From Myxococcota bacterium (lineage in GTDB: Bacteria > Myxococcota_A > UBA796 > JAJRTE01 > JBJTQF01), in the NCBI GenBank assembly GCA_046075485.1, contig JBJTQF010000040.1, positions 7,144 to 71,143 on the forward strand: a stretch of DNA of 64,000 bases. Direction: 5' to 3'. Under the pieces are notes generated by a model. It saw only the letters and a list, made by a program, of their open reading frames with translations. It made no database searches and had not been told where the DNA came from. This document shows positions 37,000 to 46,971 of this stretch, one piece after another (positions within the stretch are counted from its first letter, which is position 1; every line of letters starts with the position of its first letter). The translations under genes and the position numbers were made by a program.

Positions 37000-37459
37000 T
37001 GTTCTTTTGGGCTCAATTCTTTGGGGCTCAATTCTTTGGGGCTGGAGCTTCTTCGGATGCGTCGCTGCGTTCATGGGGCCTCCCGTCTTTCGGTTGTGGA
37101 TCTGCAAGGCGTGGATTTGACGCTTACTTGCATCTGGATGCAGCTTGCAGAACTTTGCAGCGGTGTCAATCAGAGAATGGTGCAGACGCATGAAGCGCAC
37201 GAGCCCAGCGGTAACGCTTCAGTGTAGATGTCATCCACCACCGAGAACAGCTCCAGGCCCCCATTTTCCCTTTACATCTCCCCCTCCTTTTCGATAACAT
37301 CTGCCCCGGTTTTGCGGATCGTAGTTTGGTTGTGTCGCCCCGCGCAGCGCCTCTCGTATGTGCTCTCCCCCTCTTCGTGCGCCCCGAAGAGTCGTCTCTG
37401 TGCCCCAGGCTCGCCCGAGTCTGAGGCACTCTCACGACTACTTTTTGAGGGTGACTGTT

Positions 37460-40400
37460 ATGGAGATCGTCTCTGAGTTTTTAACGCCCCCCACTCACGG
37501 CGCATCCGCCCAGGTCTTGGCCATCGTCGGAGTCGGTGTCTGCTCACCACTCGCGCCTTCGGCGCTCCACACCTGGCGCAGAGCCCGCGCTCAGGCCGAC
37601 GCCCGCCTCGGCTTCCACGTCCGAGCTCGGTATGCGCCGATCATCACCTGCTCGTCGAGGCACCTCCGCCAAAAGCTGGAGCAATACCCCGAGGATCTCC
37701 CCGCCCTCGAGAACCTCCTGCTCCACGCACAGCTCCTCCACCGAGTGATCGAGGAGGCGATGGGGTCTTCTCACACGCTCGCGGATGCACACACAGATGC
37801 GCACACAGATGCGCACACAGATGCGCACACAGATGCGCACACACACGAGCTCTACCTGCTCGGCACACACGCGGAAGCCGTCGAGCTCCATGAGACACTC
37901 TCCGCATTACAATCACCGCTGGCAAGCATCCGCATACGCTGCTTCTCTCCTTCTCTGGAGGGATTCTATCAAGCACTCACCCACGCCACGCAACGCATGA
38001 CGTGTACCACACGCACGCCCACCCGGATCCTCCTGGCGGGCGCATGTCTCACCACCCGCGCACCGTTCTGGAAATCACCCCTCGGATTCCAATGTCTCAA
38101 GCAGGGCTCGACACCCGGAGATGCAGCGGTGGCACTCCTGCTCGAATTGGCTCCCACTCAGACGCCTGCGCTGGCGTATCTGCGCAGCCATAGCCTTGAG
38201 TCGATGCCGCCCGCACCGTCTCCAGAGGTCATCCCCGCTTTTGAGACCCTCTTAACCCTGCTCCAGCATGGAAAGGTAAGGGATGCACCCTCCGAATGGC
38301 AACCCTGGCTTCAAAAGAAGCTCCCCCATCATGCTCAAGCCCTGCTCAAAAAAGAGCTCCGAGACACACTCCTGCTGCAATATGAGCTGCCCGGTCTGCT
38401 GAGACTTAAGGCTCAACTTCGCGCACAACAGATGCTCAAGGAGCCGATTCAAAAACTTCAGACGGTGGTGTCAGAGCTCATCGGATTGCCAGAAGAGTGC
38501 TCCTCTCTGGCACTCGCAAGCTGCCTCGCCGGACCCGTCCCCGTGACACATCACCACCCCCTCTTGAGGATGGGACGAAGCCTGCCCGCCGTCGATGCAC
38601 TGCTGCTGCTGGCGTTCTCTACTCTGGAGCTGTGCAGCGGTATCCAGTGGGAAGAAGTCTCCGATCTCAGCGCAGAAGAAGAGACGCTCCCGCCAGCGCC
38701 TCCAGCACTGCTCATGAGCATCGAACAACGACCGCTGGTGAAGTATGTGGATGCCGATGCCCTGACTCCTTCTCCACATGAAGCGGCGTTTGCAGCGATT
38801 CTCAGCGCAGGAGATGCACCGCTGAAGCAGGTCATATCTGGAGGCATCGAACGTCCCAAGTTTACTACGAACCAGCAGGCAATCTACTACAGAACATTGG
38901 ATATCACACTGCCAGAAGAACGCACGCTCTTTGTACGACTCTGCTCAGGCTCCGTGGTACACTCGCTCCGGCATCCAGGCTTTTCGATGCGGCTCCTCTA
39001 TCCCACACATTCGCAGGAGGATGTGGAGCAGACAGAGCAGCTCTGTCGGCGATATCAGCACATGCTCTCGGATCCATATGCTCTATCTGACGAGCGTTTA
39101 CAGCTCCAGCAGCAGCTTCAGGAGGCACTCAGTCGGGTGCAGCTTGAGCTGGAGACACGGCCTCCCGCTCAGATGATGCTCTCGATCTGGCTGACGGTGG
39201 CGGAGCAACAATGGTGGCGACTGGAATCCACGGAGCCAAGCCTCCATACGCTCAGCGAGCGAGGGCAGGATCAGCTTACACATCTGTCTCGGGTGATGGG
39301 CTTAAGAGCGGGTACACTCCGGCAGACAGAGCGGCTCATACAGTGGCTCAGCGGAGGCAATCCCTTTGAGACACGGGTGGCGCTTCGGGTGCTCACCCAT
39401 CACCATCGGCTGGAGATACTGCCGCAGCTCGAGCGTCTGCTCTCCAGCCCCAATCAAGGACTCCGGGAGGAGGCATTATGGGCACTCTCGTATCTGCTCC
39501 ACGATCACGGACGGCTGATTCCAGAGGCATGGGGAGAAGGAGATCGTGGAGCATGGCTTCGTGGTTTGGCGGAGCGTGTGCAGCAGGCTCAACTGGAGCT
39601 TCTCCAGCAGTGTGACTGTGATTGGACTCAGGAAGGACTGCTCTCACTGGAGAGCCGAACGTTGGCACATCTCCGGGCTGCGTTGCGCCTGCGTCCGTAT
39701 GAGGTCTTACGCTGGGCGATCCAGGTCATGGAGGGGAAGGCGGAGGCTCATGGGCTGGCACCGCTGGTCCTGGCGCTGTGTCATGCACAGACACCTCGGC
39801 TCAAGGAGTGGCTGATCAAGGGGACTCAAACGGAGACGTTTGTGAGAGGTGCGTGGTTGGGATTGGCGCTGGTGGGAAAACGAGGCTGGCTGTTGGAGGC
39901 GCTGAGGCAGGCTCAGGAATATGCAGAGAAGGGCAAGAGACGAGTGGTATATTCCGGGAGATCAGGCTGGACCTACTGGTATCTGATCAGCGGATATACT
40001 CCCGATGCAGTGGCGCGTGAAGTGCCTCTCCCGATGGAGGAGCTGCGTCATCTGCTGGAGCGTTCGCTTCAACAAGAGCAGGTCGAGGGGCAAGATGCAG
40101 CGGAGACACGCTGGAGAATGGGAACAGTATGGCATGGGCTGAGGGTGGCGAATTGTTTGCCGGAGGTCTCGGGAGGGGTTCAGGCGCTGTTTTTGCTGGA
40201 GCTGGCGCAAAAGACGGCGCAAGAGGGGGCCTATCTGTGGACGGGTGCGTTGCCAGATCTCGAAAAGCAGCGTCGATTTTATGTGCAGAGACTGCTGCCG
40301 CGTGCGTTATCGGTGGAGCATCGACTGAAGCTGTTGAAGCGGATTCAGGGGGAGTCCTCGGGGCGGCCTCGTCGAGGTGGGGAGGTGCGGGAGGTGCAGG

Positions 40401-41506
40401 GAGGGCAGGTGGTGGAGGGCATTTCGGTGGTGGGGCGAGGGCAAGGTGGGATGGTGGCGCGAGGGGTGGGTCCATACATCAACAGCAGTGGGGTGCCGGT
40501 GATGGTGCCGACGGAGGGCAAACTGTCGGGTTTGAAGGGGGGTGCGTTGTCGGTGCAGACGGGGGGGCGTCCCTGGATGTTGCAGGGGAGTCGGCTGAAG
40601 ACGGAGGGGGATGCTCTGCCGGGTCTGGTGGGTGCGCTGAGTGGGCAGACGGGGGGTGCGGTGCTGCCTGTGTTTGGAGGGTCGAGGCTGCTGGTGGAGC
40701 GGCAACTTTTCCAGCGAGACGGGGATCTGGTGTTGATGAACGGGGGGAATCACCCGGGGGTGCTGCGGTTGGGTCAAGCTTCGGGAGGAGGAGGGCTGGG
40801 ATTTTCGCAAGGTGGAGGGGAGGCGCTGTGTGAGTATTGTGGGAAGCCGCAGCATACGTTTCCGAAGGGGGGCTCATTGGTGTACAGCTCCCCGTTGCTG
40901 AGAAAGTCGCTGGGTGCGGATGAGTGGTGGATGCCGACTCCGGCGGGGGACGAGCGGGTGAATGCGCATCACCTGCTGGTGGGGGAGGTGATGCGGGCGG
41001 AGGTGGACCGACCTCGGGACTTGGAGACGTTTGGGATCAACATCAACGAGGGATGGAATGGGGTGCTGCTGCCTGCAACGTTGGTTTTGGCGTGTCATTT
41101 TCATCAGCCCTTACATCGGGGCAACCACCGTGCGGGCCAGTCATTTGAAAGCGGGCAGGGCATTCCGATGCAGAGAGAACTAGAGCTGAGGTTGAATAAG
41201 GTCTCCGAGGAGGTGCAGGCGGGGGTATACTGTACCCAACCGGAGCGCCTGAAGCAGCGGCTGGAGGCGTTGGCCCAAGAGGTGTGTGACAAGCTGGCCC
41301 GTTTTGAGTGGACGCTGACCTGGGATGGACGAGACTATCGGGAGGGAGGCCCCGGCTGTGCCGGACACCGAGGGCTGGTGGTCAAACGCAGGGCGTGTGA
41401 AGAAGCCACCCGCGAGAACCAGCCAGATCCCACTTGTCCTCATCAGCGGAAACACGTTACCATCACTCGAGCCAGACCCAGCGGTCCCTTAAAGCCGGGT
41501 CGCTGA
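37460..41506 (+). CDS. Large polymorphic-toxin-like protein with HEAT-like repeats, a Gly-rich pre-toxin region and a C-terminal AHH (HNH/EndoVII-fold) nuclease domain
   Basis: The C-terminus has NAHHLLVGEV ... NINEGWNGVLLPATL ... CHFHQPLHRGNHRAGQ, matching the AHH family signature ([AG]HH, N..LP, H.G.H). The middle has PBS-lyase HEAT-like repeats (LRVLTHHHRLEILPQLERLLSSPNQGLREEALWALSYLL). Start ATG 37460 follows GAGGG; the long ORF opens at 37358. Confidence 0.6.
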   Translation: MEIVSEFLTPPTHGASAQVLAIVGVGVCSPLAPSALHTWRRARAQADARLGFHVRARYAPIITCSSRHLRQKLEQYPEDLPALENLLLHAQLLHRVIEEAMGSSHTLADAHTDAHTDAHTDAHTDAHTHELYLLGTHAEAVELHETLSALQSPLASIRIRCFSPSLEGFYQALTHATQRMTCTTRTPTRILLAGACLTTRAPFWKSPLGFQCLKQGSTPGDAAVALLLELAPTQTPALAYLRSHSLESMPPAPSPEVIPAFETLLTLLQHGKVRDAPSEWQPWLQKKLPHHAQALLKKELRDTLLLQYELPGLLRLKAQLRAQQMLKEPIQKLQTVVSELIGLPEECSSLALASCLAGPVPVTHHHPLLRMGRSLPAVDALLLLAFSTLELCSGIQWEEVSDLSAEEETLPPAPPALLMSIEQRPLVKYVDADALTPSPHEAAFAAILSAGDAPLKQVISGGIERPKFTTNQQAIYYRTLDITLPEERTLFVRLCSGSVVHSLRHPGFSMRLLYPTHSQEDVEQTEQLCRRYQHMLSDPYALSDERLQLQQQLQEALSRVQLELETRPPAQMMLSIWLTVAEQQWWRLESTEPSLHTLSERGQDQLTHLSRVMGLRAGTLRQTERLIQWLSGGNPFETRVALRVLTHHHRLEILPQLERLLSSPNQGLREEALWALSYLLHDHGRLIPEAWGEGDRGAWLRGLAERVQQAQLELLQQCDCDWTQEGLLSLESRTLAHLRAALRLRPYEVLRWAIQVMEGKAEAHGLAPLVLALCHAQTPRLKEWLIKGTQTETFVRGAWLGLALVGKRGWLLEALRQAQEYAEKGKRRVVYSGRSGWTYWYLISGYTPDAVAREVPLPMEELRHLLERSLQQEQVEGQDAAETRWRMGTVWHGLRVANCLPEVSGGVQALFLLELAQKTAQEGAYLWTGALPDLEKQRRFYVQRLLPRALSVEHRLKLLKRIQGESSGRPRRGGEVREVQGGQVVEGISVVGRGQGGMVARGVGPYINSSGVPVMVPTEGKLSGLKGGALSVQTGGRPWMLQGSRLKTEGDALPGLVGALSGQTGGAVLPVFGGSRLLVERQLFQRDGDLVLMNGGNHPGVLRLGQASGGGGLGFSQGGGEALCEYCGKPQHTFPKGGSLVYSSPLLRKSLGADEWWMPTPAGDERVNAHHLLVGEVMRAEVDRPRDLETFGININEGWNGVLLPATLVLACHFHQPLHRGNHRAGQSFESGQGIPMQRELELRLNKVSEEVQAGVYCTQPERLKQRLEALAQEVCDKLARFEWTLTWDGRDYREGGPGCAGHRGLVVKRRACEEATRENQPDPTCPHQRKHVTITRARPSGPLKPGR
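37784..37848 (+). repeat. In-frame 12-bp microsatellite (gatgcgcacaca, about 5 copies) encoding (HTDA)5 inside the toxin gene
   Basis: Direct reading. It translates to AHTDAHTDAHTDAHTDAHTH. Confidence 0.8.
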
Positions 41507-41519
41507 GAGGAGTAGCGCC

Positions 41520-42335
41520 ATGAACGACACCTATGAGCAAGACTATTTTGTCTATTATCCACCGCCCTTCTCAGAGGCATTTCCCTACCCCCGCCTTGCG
41601 TGGGGAGAGACCAGCAGCGGGCCTTTCCACAAAGGTCGGGTGTTGGAACGTAAACAATATCCAGAGTTTGTGGAGTGGACGCGGGTCAAGAAGCCCCAAT
41701 ATCCCGAGTGTTTTAAGCTCAGCGGAACGTGGCCGGTGGTGGCGGAGCGTGTGTGGAGCGTGCTGGCGGCCCTGAATCTGTACGGGATGGACCTGCACCC
41801 AGCCCGAGTCCTGACCCGCAAGAAGGAAAACCTTCCCAACTATAAGCTCGTACATGTCTGGAATAAGTTTCTTTGTATCGACCGGGAACGCTCTCAAGCG
41901 ACTTGGGAGGAATTCCCGGAAAATCGCATCCGTGAGCCGATTTCGCTCCGGCTGGACCGGGAGGTGATGGCCGCCATTCCCCTCGAGCGGCGCCTGGTCT
42001 TTCGCCCTGAAGAAGAGAGCGTCGCCGTGGTCTTTCACCGGACGGTGGTGGAGAAGCTCATGGCGATTCGGCCCACCGGCATCATGTTTGCCCCTTTTGC
42101 GACCGCCAATTATCGCTGGCTCTACCAAGTCTTCGAGACACCCTTTCCACCGGTGGTGCCAGAAAAGCCGTCGCTGCTGCGAAAGCCTCCGACCCTGGCC
42201 AATCAGTTTGCGGCGCGAAAGCTGGAGGTCAAACCGAGCCGTCCGAAGATCGAGCGTCCGCCCCGCATCGAAACCAAAGAGCTGTTTGCTCAGATGAAAG
42301 CGGAGTCCGCCCGGCGTCGAGCTGGGAAAGAGTAA
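41520..42335 (+). CDS. Candidate cognate immunity protein for the upstream AHH toxin
   Basis: It starts 14 nt after the toxin stop on the same strand. It has no signal peptide and is Trp/Tyr/Pro-rich (YEQDYFVYYPPPFSEAFPYPRLAW...). I cannot assign a family by eye. Confidence 0.4.
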   Translation: MNDTYEQDYFVYYPPPFSEAFPYPRLAWGETSSGPFHKGRVLERKQYPEFVEWTRVKKPQYPECFKLSGTWPVVAERVWSVLAALNLYGMDLHPARVLTRKKENLPNYKLVHVWNKFLCIDRERSQATWEEFPENRIREPISLRLDREVMAAIPLERRLVFRPEEESVAVVFHRTVVEKLMAIRPTGIMFAPFATANYRWLYQVFETPFPPVVPEKPSLLRKPPTLANQFAARKLEVKPSRPKIERPPRIETKELFAQMKAESARRRAGKE

Positions 42336-42580
42336 GAAGCCCACCCAGGCGTTCCCGACTCACCCCGAAGGGAGCATGCGAGTGCTTTTTGCGGGAAGGG
42401 GCCCTGGTTTGGGCCTGGGAAACGAACATCACAAGTCGAGACACACCAACCGACAGAGAATAGACACCGCATCAGACGCTGCATCTTAAAGGTGTGCTTT
42501 CACGGGAACCCTTGCACGCTTCGGGCGCTCATGCCACATTACCAACTTCAGCGACCTTGACCCGGAATGCGGAGCGCACC

Positions 42581-43747
42581 ATGAAAAAGCTGTCTCGAGA
42601 TGTGTTAATCGTAGGGGGAGGCATTGCAGGGCTCTGGCTTCAGCAGCGGCTCCATCGAGCGGGTTATCACACCCTGTTGGTAGAGGCGGAAGGGCTGGGA
42701 GGCAAACAAACCAGCCATTCTCAGGGCATCATCCACGGGGGCACCAAGTACACCTTGCAGGGCATGCTCACCCCCGCGTCTCAGGCCATTGCCGGGATGC
42801 CGGATCGCTGGCTCCAGGCCCTGGACACCGGGGCGGAGGTGCCATTGCAGTCGGCTCGTCGGCTCAGCCCTGCGCATTATATGTGGTCCACCGAAGCCGT
42901 GAGCAGCAAGCTCAGCGGATTTCTGGCCAGTCGTGCGCTCCGTGGGCGGGTGGGGCCGGTGGATGCTGCCGAACGCCCCCCCATCTTCCAGCATGAGCAG
43001 TTTCGAGGACATCTCTATCGTCTGCATGAGTTTGTCCTGGAGGTGCCGACCGTGGTGGAGGCGCTGCGGCTCCCAGGGCTCCAGGTGCAGGCGCGCGCAG
43101 GGGACTCCATGTGTTACCGAGCGGGAGGCTGGGAGTTCCCCGCCCATGACCTCCGGGTGGAGGCCCGTCGGACGGTGCTCACCGCTGGAGAAGGGACAGA
43201 GGCCCTGCTGACGCTGCTCGGGCTCGAGGTGCCGATGCAGCGACGTCCGCTTCAGATGGTGATGGTCAAACATCGCACCCCGCTGGCACTCTTCGCGCAC
43301 TGTGTCGGGGCGAGCAGCACACCGTTGTTGACCGTCACCACCCATCCTCATCCCGATGGCAGTACCGTATGGTATCTGGGAGGTCAGCTCTCGGAGCTGG
43401 GCGTCGAGCGTTCGGAAGCCGAGCAGCTTCGTGAAGCGCAGTCGCTCGTGCAGACGTTGTTGCCCTGGGTGAAGCTCGAGTCTCCGAGCTGGGCGACCTT
43501 GCGCATTCAGCGGGCGGAGCCGTTACAAGCAGGCTTTTTGAGACCGGATGGGGTGTTTGTGAAGGCACTCGACCCTTTTTTGGTCTGTTGGCCGACGAAA
43601 CTGGCGCTGGCTCCGGCCCTCAGCGATGAAGTCTTACGCCTCTTGCCGCCGCCTTCGGGCAGGCCGGGTGAAGTGGCAGAGCGGGAGCCGTTGTTGAGTG
43701 TGCTGAATCCGCCGCCGGTGGCTCGACCGGTGTGGGAGCAGCTCTGA
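42581..43747 (+). CDS. FAD-dependent oxidoreductase
   Basis: GGAG lies 7 nt upstream of ATG. The N-terminal dinucleotide fold is MKKLSRDVLIVGGGIAGLWLQQRL, and SHSQGIIHGGTKY is a second FAD-contact motif. Confidence 0.7.
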   Translation: MKKLSRDVLIVGGGIAGLWLQQRLHRAGYHTLLVEAEGLGGKQTSHSQGIIHGGTKYTLQGMLTPASQAIAGMPDRWLQALDTGAEVPLQSARRLSPAHYMWSTEAVSSKLSGFLASRALRGRVGPVDAAERPPIFQHEQFRGHLYRLHEFVLEVPTVVEALRLPGLQVQARAGDSMCYRAGGWEFPAHDLRVEARRTVLTAGEGTEALLTLLGLEVPMQRRPLQMVMVKHRTPLALFAHCVGASSTPLLTVTTHPHPDGSTVWYLGGQLSELGVERSEAEQLREAQSLVQTLLPWVKLESPSWATLRIQRAEPLQAGFLRPDGVFVKALDPFLVCWPTKLALAPALSDEVLRLLPPPSGRPGEVAEREPLLSVLNPPPVARPVWEQL

Positions 43748-43828
43748 TGGCATGAAAGTAGATCTGATGGTGTGATTTTAATGGCACAGATGAGTTTTTA
43801 AATGCGCTCTGAGCATGAGGGAATGGGT

Positions 43829-44629
43829 ATGCCGCCGATTTTACCGCGTCGTAGGTTGGGCAACACGGGGCTGGAGGTCTCGCTCCTGAGCTTGGGGACA
43901 GTGAAGCTGGGGCGCACGGAGGGGGTACGTTATCCCACTCGATTTGAGCTCCCGAGTGATGAGGACTTTCAAGCACTGCTGCGCTTGGCCCGTGACGGCG
44001 GGCTCAACCTGCTGGACACCGCTCCTTCCTATGGGGTGAGTGAGCTGCGCTTGGGTCAGCTCCTGAAGGGGCAGCGTGAACGTTGGTTGTTATGCTCCAA
44101 AGTGGGAGAGGCGTTTGAGCAGGGGCAATCCTCCTATGATTTTCGTCCTGAAGCGATCCGGGCGTCGGTGGAGCGTTCTCTGAGTCGTTTAAACACAGAC
44201 AGATTGGATATTCTACTGATCCACTCCGACGGACAGGACGTAAAGCGGATTGTGGAAGATGGGGCGCTTGAGACCCTCACCCGCTTAAAACAAGAAGGAA
44301 AGACCCGTGCGATTGGGATCTCGAGCAAGACCGTGGAAGGTGGACTGCTGGGGCTCGAGCACAGCGACTGCGTGATGGTGACTTTAAATCTGGGGCATCT
44401 CGACGAGCTCCCGGTGATCACACGGGCTGCGGCACTCCAGAAGGGCGTGCTGATTAAAAAAGCCTTTGCGTATGGCCATGCGTGTGTGAGCGACCTTGTC
44501 GATCCGGTGAGGGCGAGCTTAAAGTTGTGCTTGGACCAGCCAGGGGTGAGCAGTGTGGTGGTGGGCACGATCAACCCGGTCCATCTGCGAGAGAATATAC
44601 AAGCCGCCTGTACGTTGATCACCCCCTAA
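43829..44629 (+). CDS. Aldo/keto reductase
   Basis: LGNTGLEVSLLSLGT, LLDTAPSYG and ILLIHSDG (the LHxPD-like region) are present. GAGGGA lies upstream. Confidence 0.75.
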   Translation: MPPILPRRRLGNTGLEVSLLSLGTVKLGRTEGVRYPTRFELPSDEDFQALLRLARDGGLNLLDTAPSYGVSELRLGQLLKGQRERWLLCSKVGEAFEQGQSSYDFRPEAIRASVERSLSRLNTDRLDILLIHSDGQDVKRIVEDGALETLTRLKQEGKTRAIGISSKTVEGGLLGLEHSDCVMVTLNLGHLDELPVITRAAALQKGVLIKKAFAYGHACVSDLVDPVRASLKLCLDQPGVSSVVVGTINPVHLRENIQAACTLITP

Positions 44630-44677
44630 AACAAACAGCGCGTCTAAAATCTCCCACCTTCTTCTCCGCCCGTCTCT

Positions 44678-46774
44678 TTATCCGCGTTGTTTCTGATACC
44701 GTTTAAGCCCGGGGTAGATGCTGTTGAGCATGGCAGTTCCAAAGCCTGCATAGTAGATCGTCATGGAGGTGAAGAGGCCCCAGTTCAGCACAAAGACGCC
44801 CAAGCCGGTGATGACGGCGGGAAAGACGGACGCCCTCACATTGAGCTGCATGGTGCGGTTAAAGTCTCTGGACAGCTCAAAGAGCAGGGGGATCTTGGAG
44901 AGGCTGCCATCAAGCAGGACCACCTGAGCGGCGTCGGTTGCCACGGTCGAAGCGCCTCGGAGTGAGATGGAGACCTGCGCCTTTTTGAGCACGAGGGCAT
45001 CGTTGATGCCATCCCCAACAAAACAGACGGCGTGCCCTTTGGCCTGGAGGGTCTCGACGAAGTGAGCTTTGTCCAGCGGTGAGGCCGATGCCAGATAGTG
45101 TTTGATGCCGAGCTTCTCGGCGAGGGTCCGAGTCGGTTGTTCCTGATCACCGGAGACAATATACACTTCGAGCCCCCGAGCTTTGAGATGCTGCACCACT
45201 TCTTCGGCTTCAGGACGGAGCGTCGATCCCACCTCGATGCCACCGGCGAGCTGCCCATTAAAAGCAACCAGTACGGGGGTGAGCCCTTGTGTCTCGCAGT
45301 GATGGAGCCACTCGGTGGTCTCCGCGTCGAGTGTGATCTGCGCCTGCTGCATCAGGCGTGCGCTGCCCACGAGCACCACTTGATCTGCAAAGTGCATGCG
45401 GATGCCAAATCCGATCTCCACCTGGATAAAATCCGGCTCGAGCAGGCGGACATTCCATTGTCGAGCCGTCTCCAGGATGGCCTCGGCGATGGGGTGGCTT
45501 TGGTGGAGCTCCGCTGAAGCAGCGAGGGAGAGCACATCTGCCTGCGTAAACAGCTCATGGCAGTGGATATTTTGGACGTGCATTCGATTGAGGGTCAGTG
45601 TACCAGTCTTATCAAAGATGACGGTATCCACGTCGTACAGAAGCTGGAGCGAGCGCCCATCTTTGATGAGGATCGAGGTCTCAGAGGCGACCTGCAAAAA
45701 GTTGAGCATGCTGATGGGGCCCGTAAAGCGGAGATGATACCCCGCCGCCGTATACAGGATGGCGGCAGTGCCGGAGAGCCCGGTCACAAGATAGGCGGCA
45801 CCGCTGGCGGCGAGGGTGGGCAATGCAGCTTTGCGTCCGATCTCGTCACTGGTGGAGATGATCTGGTCTTTGAAGGCGGTTGTCTGTTCCATCATCCGAC
45901 CAAGCTGAGCGGCGACGGTTTCTGTGCCGGGTGCCTCGGCGCGGATCAGCAGGCGACCGGTGACCAGCACGGTAAATGCGAAGACCTCGTCTCCTGCTTT
46001 TCGTTCGACGAGGTACGATTCTCCGGTGAGCATACGCTGATCGATGGCGCCAAAGCCGGACTGAATTTTTCCATCGATGGGAATCCGTTGACCGGCATCG
46101 ACGACCACGATATCTCCGGCCAGAACTTTTTCGACCGGAAGTGGCAGCTCCGCTCCCTGGATGAGAACGCGGGCGGTGAGGCTCTGCGTGCTGAAGATCT
46201 CGACGAGCTTGTGATGTGCAGTGGCTTCTGTGCGGGCCGCGAGCTTTTTGCTCAGCCCGAGTGCCGCCAACCCGATGGAGGCGGCCCCGAGATATCCACC
46301 GGCGAGAATGGTCAGCATCAGGGCCAGATCAACGGCATGAAAGGACACTCTCTTCTCACGCACGAGGGTGTGTGCAGAATGGTAGGCCAGTGTGCAGAGC
46401 TGAGCGAGCATCAGGCCAGCGCCCACATAGGTCAGGGGGGAAAAAAACAGACGTCCAGCCAGGATCAGCCCGCCGGAGGTCAAGGCCAGCCGAATATCGC
46501 GGTCGGCTTCCAGCTCGGCTGGACTGGGGGGAGCTTCGAGCGCCGCATCTCCAGTCTTACGAGAGGAGCGCTCAGGAAGAAGACTCTCCGGTGCTGCATC
46601 GCTGCTGCTGAGAAGGGTGGAGACCGGTTGAGCCGTGGTGCGGGTCTGCTCCGCCATCGGCTGCTTTTGAGGGGGTTGAGCTTGGACGGAAGCGGAGGCC
46701 GTAGGCGTGGTGGAGAGGAGCGCCTTGAGGCCCACGTAGAGCCCACTGGTGATGAAAAACAGCTTAACCAGCAT
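44678..46774 (-). CDS. P1B-type (heavy-metal) P-type ATPase lacking an N-terminal HMA domain and lacking the TM6 CPx motif
   Basis: DKTGTLT, the TGES actuator loop, the P1B-diagnostic HP motif (ELHQSHPIAEAI) and VGDGINDALVLKKAQVSISL are present. TM6 reads ILYTAAGYHLRFTGP where CPC/CPH is expected. Confidence 0.75.
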   Translation of the reverse strand: MLVKLFFITSGLYVGLKALLSTTPTASASVQAQPPQKQPMAEQTRTTAQPVSTLLSSSDAAPESLLPERSSRKTGDAALEAPPSPAELEADRDIRLALTSGGLILAGRLFFSPLTYVGAGLMLAQLCTLAYHSAHTLVREKRVSFHAVDLALMLTILAGGYLGAASIGLAALGLSKKLAARTEATAHHKLVEIFSTQSLTARVLIQGAELPLPVEKVLAGDIVVVDAGQRIPIDGKIQSGFGAIDQRMLTGESYLVERKAGDEVFAFTVLVTGRLLIRAEAPGTETVAAQLGRMMEQTTAFKDQIISTSDEIGRKAALPTLAASGAAYLVTGLSGTAAILYTAAGYHLRFTGPISMLNFLQVASETSILIKDGRSLQLLYDVDTVIFDKTGTLTLNRMHVQNIHCHELFTQADVLSLAASAELHQSHPIAEAILETARQWNVRLLEPDFIQVEIGFGIRMHFADQVVLVGSARLMQQAQITLDAETTEWLHHCETQGLTPVLVAFNGQLAGGIEVGSTLRPEAEEVVQHLKARGLEVYIVSGDQEQPTRTLAEKLGIKHYLASASPLDKAHFVETLQAKGHAVCFVGDGINDALVLKKAQVSISLRGASTVATDAAQVVLLDGSLSKIPLLFELSRDFNRTMQLNVRASVFPAVITGLGVFVLNWGLFTSMTIYYAGFGTAMLNSIYPGLKRYQKQRG

Positions 46775-46971
46775 ACGATGTCTTCCTTACCTGCCCGCGC
46801 AGTGTAGAGAGGTCTGATCGTAAAACGAGCGTTCTACAGTTGCCCGAAGCCGCATTCACTTCTGGAGGACATCATGCTCGATAGTGCATAGATCTGCCAG
46901 GGAGAAGCGAAACCGCAGACAACAAGGTCGATGGACCCACCCCACCTCACGCCAGCCCATCATGCCCGTCT

